This document shows positions 39,036 through 49,173 of a stretch of 53,500 nucleotides of DNA, piece by piece. Position numbers and translations under genes: made by a program. Source of the stretch: Thermoproteota archaeon (lineage in GTDB: Archaea > Asgardarchaeota > Jordiarchaeia > Jordiarchaeales > Freyrarchaeaceae); assembly GCA_029258835.1 (NCBI GenBank), contig JAPDJY010000033.1, positions 1 to 53,500 of the forward strand. Direction: 5' to 3'. The notes under the pieces are model-generated. The model ran no database searches. It saw nothing but the letters and a program-made list of their open reading frames with translations, and had not been told where the DNA came from. The stretch's first letter is position 1. Each line of letters begins with the position of its first letter.

Positions 39036-39277
39036 CGGTTCCCCTCAAATTCTTTATTCCATTCTTCTCTTATCTCTTCAATTTCTTCTGACGCCCTCTC
39101 TATTTTGTCCACGCCTCTTAAATCGGACAGTTTGACCATTGGCTTTAGAACTATTGCGTCCCCTCTTCTTTCAAGCAGTAGTTTGTCTCCTTTTGATAGT
39201 TTTAGTTCTTTCCTGAGTTTTGCTGGGATTACGATCTGGCCTTTTGAAGATAGTTTTACAACTTCCATTTTTACCAC
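39032..39277 (-). CDS. AbrB/MazE-type antitoxin
   Basis: LSSKGQIVIPAKLRKEL..GDKL, with ATGA overlap with vapC. Confidence 0.93.
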   Translation of the reverse strand: MVKMEVVKLSSKGQIVIPAKLRKELKLSKGDKLLLERRGDAIVLKPMVKLSDLRGVDKIERASEEIEEIREEWNKEFEGNR

Positions 39278-39399
39278 GTTTTAGAAATTGTAAGAAAAAC
39301 TATTTAAGTCTTACTTCCCCAACCGTACTTTGGCGGGAAAGACCGTCGTCATTTCGCACTCTCTTCGCTAACTCTGTGATTTGCCATCTAACAGCTCAT

Positions 39400-39840
39400 C
39401 CAAGAGAAGAGCCGATGCTTTACGGTTTCTGGCTGTTGAGGACAGATTTGGTTTAGATGTAGCCGTAGAGCTGAACGAGAAAATCCGGGAAGACATGGGC
39501 GGGAGATCGGCAAGGGGGATTAAAAAGAGACTCAAGAAGATAAGGGTTTAGGGATTTGTGAAAGCTATCAAGTACTTCCCAATGGGCTATCATTGTTGGT
39601 TACGAGGTTGAGGAGGGTGAGGGTAAGGTTACAATAAAGCCCTAAGCTGTCCTCTGCAGGCGGAGAGAATTAAGAGCGGTAGAGGAGTTCCGTGTAAGGA
39701 GATGCACCCCAGAGAGTTCAGAGAGTTCGCGGCGGAAATAGGTGAAAGAATAGGTGAGAGGATGGAGGCTAAATGTATCTTTGCTCCTCCACGGACATAT
39801 GAAGACTGTTTCTGAGCGTGGGAGTTAGATGAAATCTTAA
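39400..39840 (+). pseudogene. Degraded DUF6125-like protein
   Basis: Fragments FLAVEDRFGLDVAVELNEK, FPCKEMH..FREFA and CIFAPP..DCF*AWE across several frameshifts. Confidence 0.6.
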
Positions 39841-39862
39841 GCTTGCTGAAGCCTAGTAGCGT

Positions 39863-40309
39863 TTATTTCCTTATCCTTGCTACGGTTGCTCCTCCTATGA
39901 TCTCGGAGGGAGGGATCAGGAGCAGGTGCTTTTCATCCCCTCCACCGCCGTAGACTTTCTCGTTTTCAAGAACTCTTTCATCAAGGATTACCTTGCAGTT
40001 ATGTCCTACAGGTGGAACGCCGCCAGCTGGGAAGCCTGTGAGACGTAGAACTTCCTCCCTTCCCGCAACCCTCACCTTCTTTCCGATCAGCTTTTCAACC
40101 CTCTTTAGGTCAACGGACGATGCGCCGTCGACGATCGCAATAACAGCCTCATCTTCGGCAACGAGCACAATGGACTTTATTATCTGCCTTTTACTGCAGC
40201 CAAGCTCTTCAGCAGCCTCTTTAACAGTTGAAGCCCTTCTGACCTCTATGATCTTTGCATCGATATTTCTCTCTCTAACGTAATTCTTAAGCCACTCAAC
40301 ACCCTTCAT
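39863..40309 (-). CDS. YbaK/EbsC aminoacyl-tRNA deacylase family protein
   Basis: TVKEAAEELG..QIIKSIV, TGFPAGGVPPVG and YGGGG. ATG at 40309 overlaps the upstream stop. Confidence 0.92.
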   Translation of the reverse strand: MKGVEWLKNYVRERNIDAKIIEVRRASTVKEAAEELGCSKRQIIKSIVLVAEDEAVIAIVDGASSVDLKRVEKLIGKKVRVAGREEVLRLTGFPAGGVPPVGHNCKVILDERVLENEKVYGGGGDEKHLLLIPPSEIIGGATVARIRK

Positions 40310-40614
40310 TTCTCCCTGATAACCCTCCTCACCGTGTTTTCTGGATCCGGGCACTGAAGAACTTCAACAGCGTTCATCCAGTCATCCGATGGTGTCTCCC
40401 TGTAAGCTGCTGTAGTGTATGGAATCAGGGCTGACAGAGCGTATGTGCAGACCTTACCCTTTACAACCGGATCTTCAACCTCGATTACATCACCCTTCTC
40501 GCAGCCAGCATAGCACTTCCCCTTCACATCCTCCACAACAATTTTCAGCCTGTACACTCCCTTCACACCCCCCACAACGTTTTCAGCCTTGCATAATGAA
40601 ACTACCTGAGACAT
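40306..40614 (-). CDS. TIGR04076-like small Cys protein
   Basis: VKGKCYAG.EKGD...VCTYALSALIP...QCPDP. Confidence 0.8.
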   Translation of the reverse strand: MSQVVSLCKAENVVGGVKGVYRLKIVVEDVKGKCYAGCEKGDVIEVEDPVVKGKVCTYALSALIPYTTAAYRETPSDDWMNAVEVLQCPDPENTVRRVIREK

Positions 40615-40985
40615 TTATGAAGATTTCTCAAGCCGCTCAGACGGGTACCTCGAGATAAATAAGGTAACAAATTTACCAGCAGACGCAGGTGGGTTGTGAA
40701 CGGATACTGCACCCTGCGGGGTTAGAATGAGGATCCAAAGGATCAAAAGAGCTAAGAAGATCGGGAGAAGGTGGCACAGGAAAGCTGATCCCTACGGGTG
40801 CGCCTTCCCCCTCATGAGTTCCTCCAGTACCAGAGCGTGCAGAATCCTCCTTCGTTGCACCCGCATTCCCCCGGTAGTGTCTGGCATGGATAGAGCTCCA
40901 AACCCCCGTCTTTTCCATTCATCCTTCTAACCAATCGATATCAATTCTTGGCTCCCTTTAAGAGACCTTTACGTTCGCAATCCTC

Positions 40986-41285
40986 TCACAACTTCTTGAT
41001 ACTATAAGCTCCATAAATTCCAGCGTACCAGTTAAAATGGTCGTGCCCGCATCCGGGTCTTTTGCACACGAAGCCGTTTTCAAATTCGGCTTTATGCTTC
41101 TCTTGTCTCTTCGGGTTTTGACACCAGCCTCTCCGATAGTATCTACTTTGCCTGAATTTACTCAGGAGTTCCTGATAATGGTGTTCCTTTAAATGCTGTA
41201 TTATTTTATCTTTCACCTTGCGTTCTGTATTAGCCAATATCTCATACCCGCAGAGGTTACAAATGGCTTTAAACATACTCATCAC
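40986..41285 (-). CDS. Small Zn-finger protein
   Basis: CNLC...HLKEHH (C2H2-like) plus a further Cys/His cluster; GGAGTGA RBS. Confidence 0.65.
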   Translation of the reverse strand: MMSMFKAICNLCGYEILANTERKVKDKIIQHLKEHHYQELLSKFRQSRYYRRGWCQNPKRQEKHKAEFENGFVCKRPGCGHDHFNWYAGIYGAYSIKKL

Positions 41286-41766
41286 TCCATTTATCGGTTT
41301 CTCGTATTTCCTTTACTCACATTCGAAGATCTTCCACCTCTTCAAAACTTTAAAACTTTTTAAACCATTTTACCATTTTCCAGTATTAAGCATCTTTTCC
41401 TCTGCTTTAACTCCCCCAAGCTTTTTTGAGCAAAAGATACGCATACAAAACCATCTTTGCCGTATCTTTAGGGTTTAGCTCCCTAGATTTTCCTGACAGT
41501 ATCCCTCAAACAGCTTCTCCAACCCATCACAGCTCATTTTCCCGCCGTAAGCACCGGAAAAGGCTATGTTTCTAAAGCTTAGAAATCTCAGCTACCGGTT
41601 TCTTTTTCGTTATCAAGATCGGCTTTAAGCCTTTGTAGAATTCATTTTATTTCTTTTGGCAGCGTGTAGGACTCGACCTTGCCATCTTTGACAAAAAAGA
41701 ATCCGGATCGGAACATCTCCCATTCTGATTTTATCACTTTGACAGTTTATTTGATTTTACGAAATT

Positions 41767-41929
41767 ATAAAATTTTATTATAAAATTTTATTCCGACTTT
41801 ATAATTATAAAGCGAAGGTAAGACACCTTACTAAGCGTAAACAAAGCATGGGGAAATCAAAGAGAAAACAAAAATAACAGATTAATTGGATTAAACAGTA
41901 ATATACACAGTAAACAGTAATATGCACGG
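41767..41929. promoter_or_regulatory. AT-rich intergenic region with palindromes and a 19-bp tandem repeat
   Basis: ATAAAATTTTAT x2 (41767-41778, 41780-41791), CTTTATAATTATAAAG (41797-41812), and TAAACAGTAATAT(A/G)CAC(A/G)G x2 (41892-41929). Confidence 0.6.
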
Positions 41930-41960
41930 TCAATAAGGTTGTGGACGGTAGGAGGGTTGG

Positions 41961-43790
41961 ATGATGTGTCCTCAGGGTGCTCCCTCCTGGCTGAGGGAGC
42001 TTGTAGAGCGAGCTGTGGAGAAGTGTAGCTTCGCAAGGGAGAAGTTTGCTAAGTACGCTGGCGGTAAGGTTTTCGCCTTCGAGTACAGTGACTTGGGTGT
42101 CTCATACGAGTTGGAGTTTGGAGAGGATGGCTCCGTAAGGGTTCACTGGTCTCCCACCGGAAGGTCTAGGGTTACGATATCCGCTCCGTCGCAGGTCTGG
42201 GATGGCATTTTCTCCGGTAAAATCCTCCCGGCGGATGCTTACGTAAGGAAGGAGTTAACCCTTAAAGGGGACGCTGAATCATTCATGAAGGCTGTCAGCA
42301 TAGTTCCAGACCTTATAACCGCCTACTCCGCTGCGAAGGAGGAGCTGGAGAAGGGTGTGTCCGTCCCCGTTAAGGCGGAGCGCTTCCGGTACGTCAACGT
42401 GTGCGAGGCGTACGCCGACTTCACCGTCAACCTACGCTTCGAGGACATACCTGAAAGCGCCGTGAAGGCGGCTAAAGACCAGCTTCTAAACATTCTCGCA
42501 GCAACGTTCGCTGGGGCTAGAACTAAACCCGCTCAGATACTAGCTGAAACCGTCAGGGCTTGGGGTGACAGGGAGGAGTCGTCCGTGTTCGGGTTTAACT
42601 TTAAAACCTCGATGAGGGCTGCAGCGTTCGTGAACTCCTGCAACGCCGTGAACCTTGACTACGACGACCACATACTCACATGCCACGCAGGAGTGTCAGC
42701 CGTCCCGACATCCCTAGCTGTAGGAGAAGCCCTCGACGCCAGCGGAAAGGAGGTCTTAACGGCCCAGATAATAGGGGACGAAATAGAAGCTAGGATTGTT
42801 CAAGCCACGTGGGATTCCGTGATAAAGGGTCAGGTTCTAAGTGGGCCGCCGCACGCCATAGGAGCAGCTGCGATCACGGCACGCCTCATGGGGCTGGGTA
42901 AGAAGGAGACCATGGAGGCATTAGGGATAGCTGGGTCGATAGCGTGTATGCCCTGCGTTGCAGGCTTCTTCGGACCGGACTCAAAGCACCTCGTGGCGGG
43001 AGTACCCGTGGTTAACGGGATCGTAGCCGCCCAGCTGGCTAGGAACGGTTTTTATGGCAGCTATGAGATCTTCGAGTCCCTGCCTATGCCCTTCAGCTTC
43101 CCGTCGGTGGTCGCCGTCCCATCCACGCCGGACTACACCAAGCTTACGAAGGGTCTGGGGGAAAGATACCTTATCGAGGAGATAGCCCACAAGCCCTACG
43201 CTGTTTGCGGCTACTTCACATCAACCGTTGACTGCCTGTTCGAGATAATAGAGAAGTACGACGTGAAGCCTGACGAGGTGGAATCCGTCAACATACTACT
43301 TCCAGAGCTTTCGATGAACGCGCGTTGGTCGGAGACGATGGGCGTCGACATCGAAACCCTGAGGAACAGGAGGTACTACGTTAACCTTGAGTTCTTCGTA
43401 CCCTACGCCGTGGCCATGGTGCTAATCGACAGGGAGCTTACGGCTGAACAGTACAAGGAGGAAAAGTACCTGAACCCGAAGGTTCACGAGCTGATGAGGA
43501 GGGTGACGTTCTCAGCCGACCCGGAGCTGACGGAGCTGACGAACAAGTCGAAGGAGGGAGGCCTCCTCCTAGGGTCAAAGGTAACGGTCAAGCTTAAAGA
43601 TGGAAGAGAGTACCATGCGAGAGTGGACAAGGCGACTGGAAGCCCAGGGAAGCCATTCCCAATAGAGGAAAAGTTCAGAAGGGAGGCTGGAAAACACCTC
43701 AGCAAATCAACAGTAGAAGAGGTAATACAGCTCGTGGAAAGGCTGGAGTCGGCTTCAGTAAGAGAGCTCGTAGAGCTTCTAACCAGTTAA
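41961..43790 (+). CDS. SCP2 sterol-carrier domain fused to MmgE/PrpD-family enzyme
   Basis: N-terminal WDGIFSGKILPADAYVRKELTLKGD (SCP2). PrpD motifs LDYDDH, CHAG, HKPYAVCGY and GSPGKP. Confidence 0.88.
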   Translation: MMCPQGAPSWLRELVERAVEKCSFAREKFAKYAGGKVFAFEYSDLGVSYELEFGEDGSVRVHWSPTGRSRVTISAPSQVWDGIFSGKILPADAYVRKELTLKGDAESFMKAVSIVPDLITAYSAAKEELEKGVSVPVKAERFRYVNVCEAYADFTVNLRFEDIPESAVKAAKDQLLNILAATFAGARTKPAQILAETVRAWGDREESSVFGFNFKTSMRAAAFVNSCNAVNLDYDDHILTCHAGVSAVPTSLAVGEALDASGKEVLTAQIIGDEIEARIVQATWDSVIKGQVLSGPPHAIGAAAITARLMGLGKKETMEALGIAGSIACMPCVAGFFGPDSKHLVAGVPVVNGIVAAQLARNGFYGSYEIFESLPMPFSFPSVVAVPSTPDYTKLTKGLGERYLIEEIAHKPYAVCGYFTSTVDCLFEIIEKYDVKPDEVESVNILLPELSMNARWSETMGVDIETLRNRRYYVNLEFFVPYAVAMVLIDRELTAEQYKEEKYLNPKVHELMRRVTFSADPELTELTNKSKEGGLLLGSKVTVKLKDGREYHARVDKATGSPGKPFPIEEKFRREAGKHLSKSTVEEVIQLVERLESASVRELVELLTS

Positions 43791-44478
43791 AAGATGCCTC
43801 AAGCGTCGAAGACACGCACAGCTCCCCCCTTTTATTTTCAGCATGAAATCTTCAAATAGACTAACAGCCCAATCAGGCTGTTTGTGGCGTTTAACCGTGA
43901 ACTTCCAAGCAGAACACCACCGGAAGCCTTTGAAGGAAAAAGAATGGAAGATCGGCTTTTAAGCCTGCTTTCGAGAAGCTGCGGTTGCTACCGCTGCAAC
44001 CGCTATTAAAGCTGCGCTGGCGGCTCCCGTGGGCACTGGGTGCCATGCAACGGACCGGTAGGCCACGGCTTGGGCTATAACTCGCATAGTTAAAGCACGT
44101 TAACTCTCTGCATTAAGCTACGCTGCGGTGACTCGTTTATCATGCTTGTTGCCTGGTTTAGCGGTATACCGGCATGCTCGACACGGATTCGCTGTGCTTA
44201 GGGCTTCGTCCATGCGGAAGTAGTCCCTGTGAAGCTGATCCTCAAAGTAGTGAGGGCTGGTCAGCGTAGTGCCTCGACTCGGAAACATTACTTTCACCAT
44301 ACGGAAGAATACTCTAGGAGGTTATGCTGCCGGGTTCCAAGCAGACAGCTAGACGAGGAACGAGCCACATGGCAATCCGCCTTGAAAGAATGGTTTAATG
44401 GCTGCTTAATGGGTTCTAAACGTTCTAGGGGGTTGCCCTGTTAACGTTAAGCTTTATCGTGGAGGCTGCGTCCGCTGT

Positions 44479-44811
44479 TCACGTTACGTACGTTACTTCC
44501 ACTTTTTCCTTGCCTTCTACATCCCATCGTGCAGCCCTTCTCCGCCTAACCCATCTCCTAATGAATTCTTCTATTGCCTTCCTGTAGTATTCGTCTTTCC
44601 ATAGCTGCTCGAGTGCGTCGCACTCGTAAGCCCCCTCAACACCTAGGTACCGTGTTAAAACGTGGAGGAGCTCGTCCCTCTCGCTCTGGGAGAGGCTCAT
44701 ATGCAACGCTCTCAGGATCCTGTTGAGGACTATCCTGCTCATTTCCGCCACCCTATCATGGAGATCGCATCCACCCCTTAGAAACCTTTCCGTTTCCTCC
44801 CTCCCGCTCAC
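44479..44811 (-). CDS. Hypothetical protein
   Basis: 110 aa, 7 bp downstream of the ATPase stop, with GGAGG RBS. Confidence 0.7.
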   Translation of the reverse strand: MSGREETERFLRGGCDLHDRVAEMSRIVLNRILRALHMSLSQSERDELLHVLTRYLGVEGAYECDALEQLWKDEYYRKAIEEFIRRWVRRRRAARWDVEGKEKVEVTYVT

Positions 44812-44818
44812 CCTCCTG

Positions 44819-46234
44819 CTACATTGGCCGGTATCCTGCTTTCACCGCCATCCTGTTCAGCTCTCTCTCTGCAAGGAGGAATACGCCCTCCTTCCCTTCA
44901 GCTTTCCTTAATGTTTCCTCTTTGAACCCGAAGTAGGATGCTAGGATTCCCGCCAAGACCTTCCCCTCTATCTTCTCCGTTATCGCCATGCTCCTCTCGA
45001 GCTGATCCAGCTTTTCCGGCGGGCATTTCTCCCCGAAGTACGCCTCCACGGCTACCGCTCCCTTCCGGGTTACAGCAACCACGTCCACCTCTCCCAGCGC
45101 CCCCTCATACCTGTAAACGTTCACCACCCTTGGAATGGTCAGCTTTCTTCCAAGTTGATCCACGACCTCAACCTCGCCTCTTATGAACGCGAAAAGCTCC
45201 CTCAGCAGCGCTTCGAAGCCCAGCGTCGCCACCCTAAGCCTCTTGAAAGGCGTCTGCTTCAAGGCTGGGAAGGGTGTCAGGGCAAGCCACCCCTCTAAAA
45301 CCTTGTCCACTATCATGTACCTGACATCCTTCCTGCCGAACTCAACCCTAACAATCAGCCCTCTTCGGATGAGAGATGAGAGAGCCTCGTTAAGGTTTAT
45401 CCCTGCAGTCAGCTTTTCCACCTGCGAGTACCTGTTGTACCCTCTCGCCAGCACGTGTAGAACCTCAACCTCCGAGGGTGACAGCTCCCTTACCAGGCCG
45501 GTGAAGAGGGCGTTAAAGTATCCTCCCTTAAGGGATTCCTCGAACGCCTCCTCCACCTCCTCCCCCGTCGGGTCGTCTGGGAGGACGTAGGTTAACGCCC
45601 TGATGTAGTCTGGGTTTCCACCCGTAAGCTCTGCCACCCTTAACGCCGCCTCACCGGTAACCGTTACCCCCATCAGCTCCGCCAGCTTCTCGGCGAGCTC
45701 CCTTCCACTCTTCAACGTTAAGGGGTGGACGGTGAGCACCATGTCGAAAGCCCTTGCCAGCGGCTTAGTGTACTCTCCAGCCACCTCGCTCAGCGTCTTC
45801 AGGGACGTAGCCGAGAGGAAGACGGGTATCCTCACAGCCTGCATCAGGCTCCTCAAGTGCGACGCAACCGCATCCCTCCCCCCAGCCCCCCTGTACGGCG
45901 ACGCCGCCCCAAACCTAACTATCAACTCCGTGAACTCGTCCATCATTAAGGGCCGGCCAACCTCTTCAGCCTTCACGAAGAAATCCTCAAGGCAGCTGTA
46001 CGCGTCGTCAAACCTTATGCTTACACCCGTCTCCTCCTCGAAGAACGTTGAAAGGTGGCTTGGACGCAGGACCCTCTGGAAGTCAACGTAAACCCCTCCA
46101 ACCTCCTCCCTTAACCGTAGTAGTAGGGCTGTTTTCCCAACACCCCTCAACCCCTTCAGCAAAACCTTCCCCCCCGTCCTCACGGCCTTCCTCAAAGCCT
46201 CCATTTCCTCCTCCCTGTCCACGAACAGACTCAA
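44819..46234 (-). CDS. Archaeal ATPase (ATPase_2/STAND-like) with wHTH and degenerate PD-(D/E)xK tail
   Basis: FVDREEE, GLRGVGKT, MMDEF, TGGNP and C-terminal EVDVVA...VEAYF. Confidence 0.88.
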   Translation of the reverse strand: MSLFVDREEEMEALRKAVRTGGKVLLKGLRGVGKTALLLRLREEVGGVYVDFQRVLRPSHLSTFFEEETGVSIRFDDAYSCLEDFFVKAEEVGRPLMMDEFTELIVRFGAASPYRGAGGRDAVASHLRSLMQAVRIPVFLSATSLKTLSEVAGEYTKPLARAFDMVLTVHPLTLKSGRELAEKLAELMGVTVTGEAALRVAELTGGNPDYIRALTYVLPDDPTGEEVEEAFEESLKGGYFNALFTGLVRELSPSEVEVLHVLARGYNRYSQVEKLTAGINLNEALSSLIRRGLIVRVEFGRKDVRYMIVDKVLEGWLALTPFPALKQTPFKRLRVATLGFEALLRELFAFIRGEVEVVDQLGRKLTIPRVVNVYRYEGALGEVDVVAVTRKGAVAVEAYFGEKCPPEKLDQLERSMAITEKIEGKVLAGILASYFGFKEETLRKAEGKEGVFLLAERELNRMAVKAGYRPM

Positions 46235-46425
46235 GGGTAAAACCTCCTACGGTAAAACCATTTACCCTAAAACCCAATACCCAAAAACAATCGAAAAAAT
46301 AAAAAAGTTTCCCCTCAGCTCAACAGGCGAAGGCGGAAAGCTGCAACAACGCCTTAACGAACCCGCAACCCTCAACGCTGAAAGAAGTTGTTAATGCTCA
46401 GAGTGTAAGGGGGCTCCGCGCACCC

Positions 46426-47673
46426 TCACCTCAGTGGGGTGGGCTTAGCCAGCAGGAATTCTCCCGCCTCGATCAGCCGTTTCAGCCTCCTCGCAAGCAG
46501 GTTAGCCCTGCTCCTGTTAGACTGCCTCAACACTATGGGAATCTCCCTACCCATGGCTTTAATGCTCCCACACCCCTTAAAGTCCTGCTCAGGGCACACG
46601 TAAAGGCACGTGCAGCAGTTAGCACACCTCCTCTTGTCGATGCCTTTCACCTTGGAGAAGGCGCCTGTTGGGCAGTACTTTTCAGCCTTGCAGACGCTCA
46701 GCTTGCAGTCAGCGCATTTCCCCGTGTCGAACCGCACCTCCAGCTCGGCTCCCTGCCATACCTGGGCGTAGCTGCTCTCAGCTATCGGAAGCCTGCTGTG
46801 AACGTCCACTACTGGGAGCCTGACGTCTTCATCCAGAACCTTGAGGTTTTCGAGAACCTCTTCGTCGAGCACCGGGATGGGCACGGCGATGGACGTTATG
46901 CACTCGGGTCCGCTGGACGTGACGAAGCCGCCCATGAACTCGGGTTTCATCCCCTTCATCTCGGCAACCACCGACAGGTTAGGGTGCTCCCTGCTGCTCC
47001 TCGTCCCCTCACCCACCACGTACCCTACGCCCCCGTTCACGAGTATCCTTGTTCCAACGCCGACCGTCCGCATTTCCGGGTCGTTCTCCAGGGGGTTAAC
47101 CTCGCCTGTTCCCGAAACGGTAGCCTCCCTTAGAGGCCCCTTCAGCCCCGTCACGGAGAATATGGTTTTCACGGAGCCCTCCCTGGTGTTTACGAAGGCG
47201 GCGTAGTTCTTGAAGGCGGTGCGGGTTGTAAACATTCTGGCGAAAGGCATCTCGCTGAGCGTAACGTCCCTCTCGAAAACCCTACCACCAGCCCTAACCT
47301 TCACGTTAACGGGTTTGCCCTCCACGAGGTCCCGGAAAAGATGTCCTCCACCATAGTTGCGGCTTGCATGGGCGGTTCCGTAAACGATCAGGTCAACCAT
47401 TCCAAGCCTTTCATTAGGGCAGGGGCCAGGGATGGCTGGAACACCGTTAAGCCACGCCTCCTCCGCCCGGTCAAAAGCCCCCCTTTCCGCCACGGGAACG
47501 GTTAGGATCGCCGCGGTGCCGGACATCAAGCCACAGGTAGCAGTGGTCACAACGTCCACGTCCTCCAGCCTGACAGTCTCCCCCTTCCTCACCATCCCCT
47601 TAAGCTCCTCGGCCGTCAGGACGACAGCCTCCCCCCGCCTTATCTTCTCATTTATTTCATCTATGCTCCGCAT
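46426..47673 (-). CDS. Methanogenesis marker 16-type metalloprotein (DUF39 plus ferredoxin)
   Basis: INEKIRRGEAVVLTAEE, VDVVTTATCGLMSGT, GPCPNE and C-terminal 4Fe-4S motifs. Confidence 0.88.
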   Translation of the reverse strand: MRSIDEINEKIRRGEAVVLTAEELKGMVRKGETVRLEDVDVVTTATCGLMSGTAAILTVPVAERGAFDRAEEAWLNGVPAIPGPCPNERLGMVDLIVYGTAHASRNYGGGHLFRDLVEGKPVNVKVRAGGRVFERDVTLSEMPFARMFTTRTAFKNYAAFVNTREGSVKTIFSVTGLKGPLREATVSGTGEVNPLENDPEMRTVGVGTRILVNGGVGYVVGEGTRSSREHPNLSVVAEMKGMKPEFMGGFVTSSGPECITSIAVPIPVLDEEVLENLKVLDEDVRLPVVDVHSRLPIAESSYAQVWQGAELEVRFDTGKCADCKLSVCKAEKYCPTGAFSKVKGIDKRRCANCCTCLYVCPEQDFKGCGSIKAMGREIPIVLRQSNRSRANLLARRLKRLIEAGEFLLAKPTPLR

Positions 47674-47842
47674 CCACCTTCACCACAAACCACCCTTTAA
47701 CATCCTCCTTGTAAACCTTACGCACGCGGAAGCCCCGAACACCATTCCTCGATTAGCCTTAAATGCTTAAAGAGGACAGGTTACACTTATTACTTATTTA
47801 CTGCTAATTATTACTGGCGGATCAGGTGTTGAAGGAGGTTAA

Positions 47843-48625
47843 ATGGTGAAGGTCGTGGTGTGCGGTAAGGGGGGCAGTGGTAAGAGCACGGTTGCAGCGA
47901 TGATCGCGAAGAACCTGGCTAGCAGAGGGTTCAACGTCCTCGTCGTAGACATGGACGAGTCAAACTTCGGGCTTCACAGGCAGCTTGGAGTAGAGCTACC
48001 AGAAGACTTCGTAAACTACTTCGGAGGCAGAAGGAAAACAGCTGAAAAATTCCTGTCAAAAGGGGGAAAGAAGGATAAGGGTGAACCCCTAAGGCTCAGG
48101 GTCCGCGACATACCCGAAAGGTTCCTGTCCAGAAAGGGGAACATATCCCTTCTAGCCATAGGCAAGGTTCACGGCTTCGGCGAAGGGTGCGCCTGCCCCA
48201 TGGGGGCACTGGCGAGAACCCTGCTTGAAAGCCTGGAGCTTGAAGAGGGCGAGTTCGTCATCGTGGACACCGACGCCGGAATAGAGCACTTCGGGAGAGG
48301 CGTCGAAGGGGGAAGCGACCTCATCCTGGTAGTAGTCGACCCAACCTACGAGTCAGCAAAGCTCTCAGGAAAAATAATGGAAATGGCCGAGAGCATAGGT
48401 AAGCCAGCCTACCTGATCCTCAACAGGGTCAACGGCGAAACAGCAGAAGTGGTAATGAAGCTGGTAGACGGGTCAAGGGTTCTAGGGGTCATACCTGAAA
48501 GCAAGGAAATATTCCGGGCAGGACTGCTGGGAGAAGAGTTGAAAGCACAGCCAAAGGAGGTCGCGGAAATAGTGGATAAGCTGATCCAAGCCGCCCACTC
48601 CACATCCCACCAGTCGAAGCGGTGA
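47843..48625 (+). CDS. cooC: CooC/AcsF nickel-insertion ATPase
   Basis: GKGGSGKST, GCACP and DTDAGIEHFGRG. Confidence 0.9.
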   Translation: MVKVVVCGKGGSGKSTVAAMIAKNLASRGFNVLVVDMDESNFGLHRQLGVELPEDFVNYFGGRRKTAEKFLSKGGKKDKGEPLRLRVRDIPERFLSRKGNISLLAIGKVHGFGEGCACPMGALARTLLESLELEEGEFVIVDTDAGIEHFGRGVEGGSDLILVVVDPTYESAKLSGKIMEMAESIGKPAYLILNRVNGETAEVVMKLVDGSRVLGVIPESKEIFRAGLLGEELKAQPKEVAEIVDKLIQAAHSTSHQSKR

Positions 48626-49173
48626 AAAGCCGGGAGGCAGGGAGAAAGCCTAACTGGCAACTCCTAAGGGGCTGGGGTGGGAGGATAGCTGGATTGAAGA
48701 GAGCCCTTGACAGGTACCTTTTAATGAGGCCGTCTATTAGAGGGTTCTTCGAGCTCATAGTACTGGTGGGTAGCGGGGTTCTCGGATACTTCTTTTCGGT
48801 GTTACGCTATCCTTTCAGCATACCCGTCTTGGCTTCAGGAGCGGCCTTATTCACGGTGGGGATGGTTATCCATTGGATGTCGCACAGAGAGCACCATCAA
48901 GCCCACTCCACGGCGGAGGAGGTTGAAAAACTGGCGACGGCGGGCATATACTCGAAGATCCGCCATCCCGGATATTTGGGGTTAATCCTGTTCTACATTG
49001 GAATGGCACTCTGGTTCTCCAGCCTACTGCCAGTCATCGTCGCAGCAGCCTTCTCAGCGCTATATGTTCTAACAGCCCTAAGAGAGGAGGAGGTCATGCT
49101 CTCAAGGTTCGGAGAGGAATACAGGGAGTACATGAGGAGGGTTCCTTGGAGGTTCATACCGAAAGTGTTCTAG
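48622..49173 (+). CDS. Isoprenylcysteine carboxyl methyltransferase (ICMT/PEMT) family membrane protein
   Basis: GIYSKIRHPGY and EEEVMLSRFGEEYREYMRRVP.RFIP. Confidence 0.88.
   Translation: MKSREAGRKPNWQLLRGWGGRIAGLKRALDRYLLMRPSIRGFFELIVLVGSGVLGYFFSVLRYPFSIPVLASGAALFTVGMVIHWMSHREHHQAHSTAEEVEKLATAGIYSKIRHPGYLGLILFYIGMALWFSSLLPVIVAAAFSALYVLTALREEEVMLSRFGEEYREYMRRVPWRFIPKVF

Noticed and set aside
39385-39459. Second attC-like pair CATCTAAC...GTTTAGATG next to the AbrB/VapC genes
   Set aside because: The right arm is imperfect and lies within DUF6125-like coding remnant (DRFGLDVAVE), so it is probably chance.
43860-44460. Short ORFs and a possible membrane-protein remnant
   Set aside because: No coherent frame or recognisable family.
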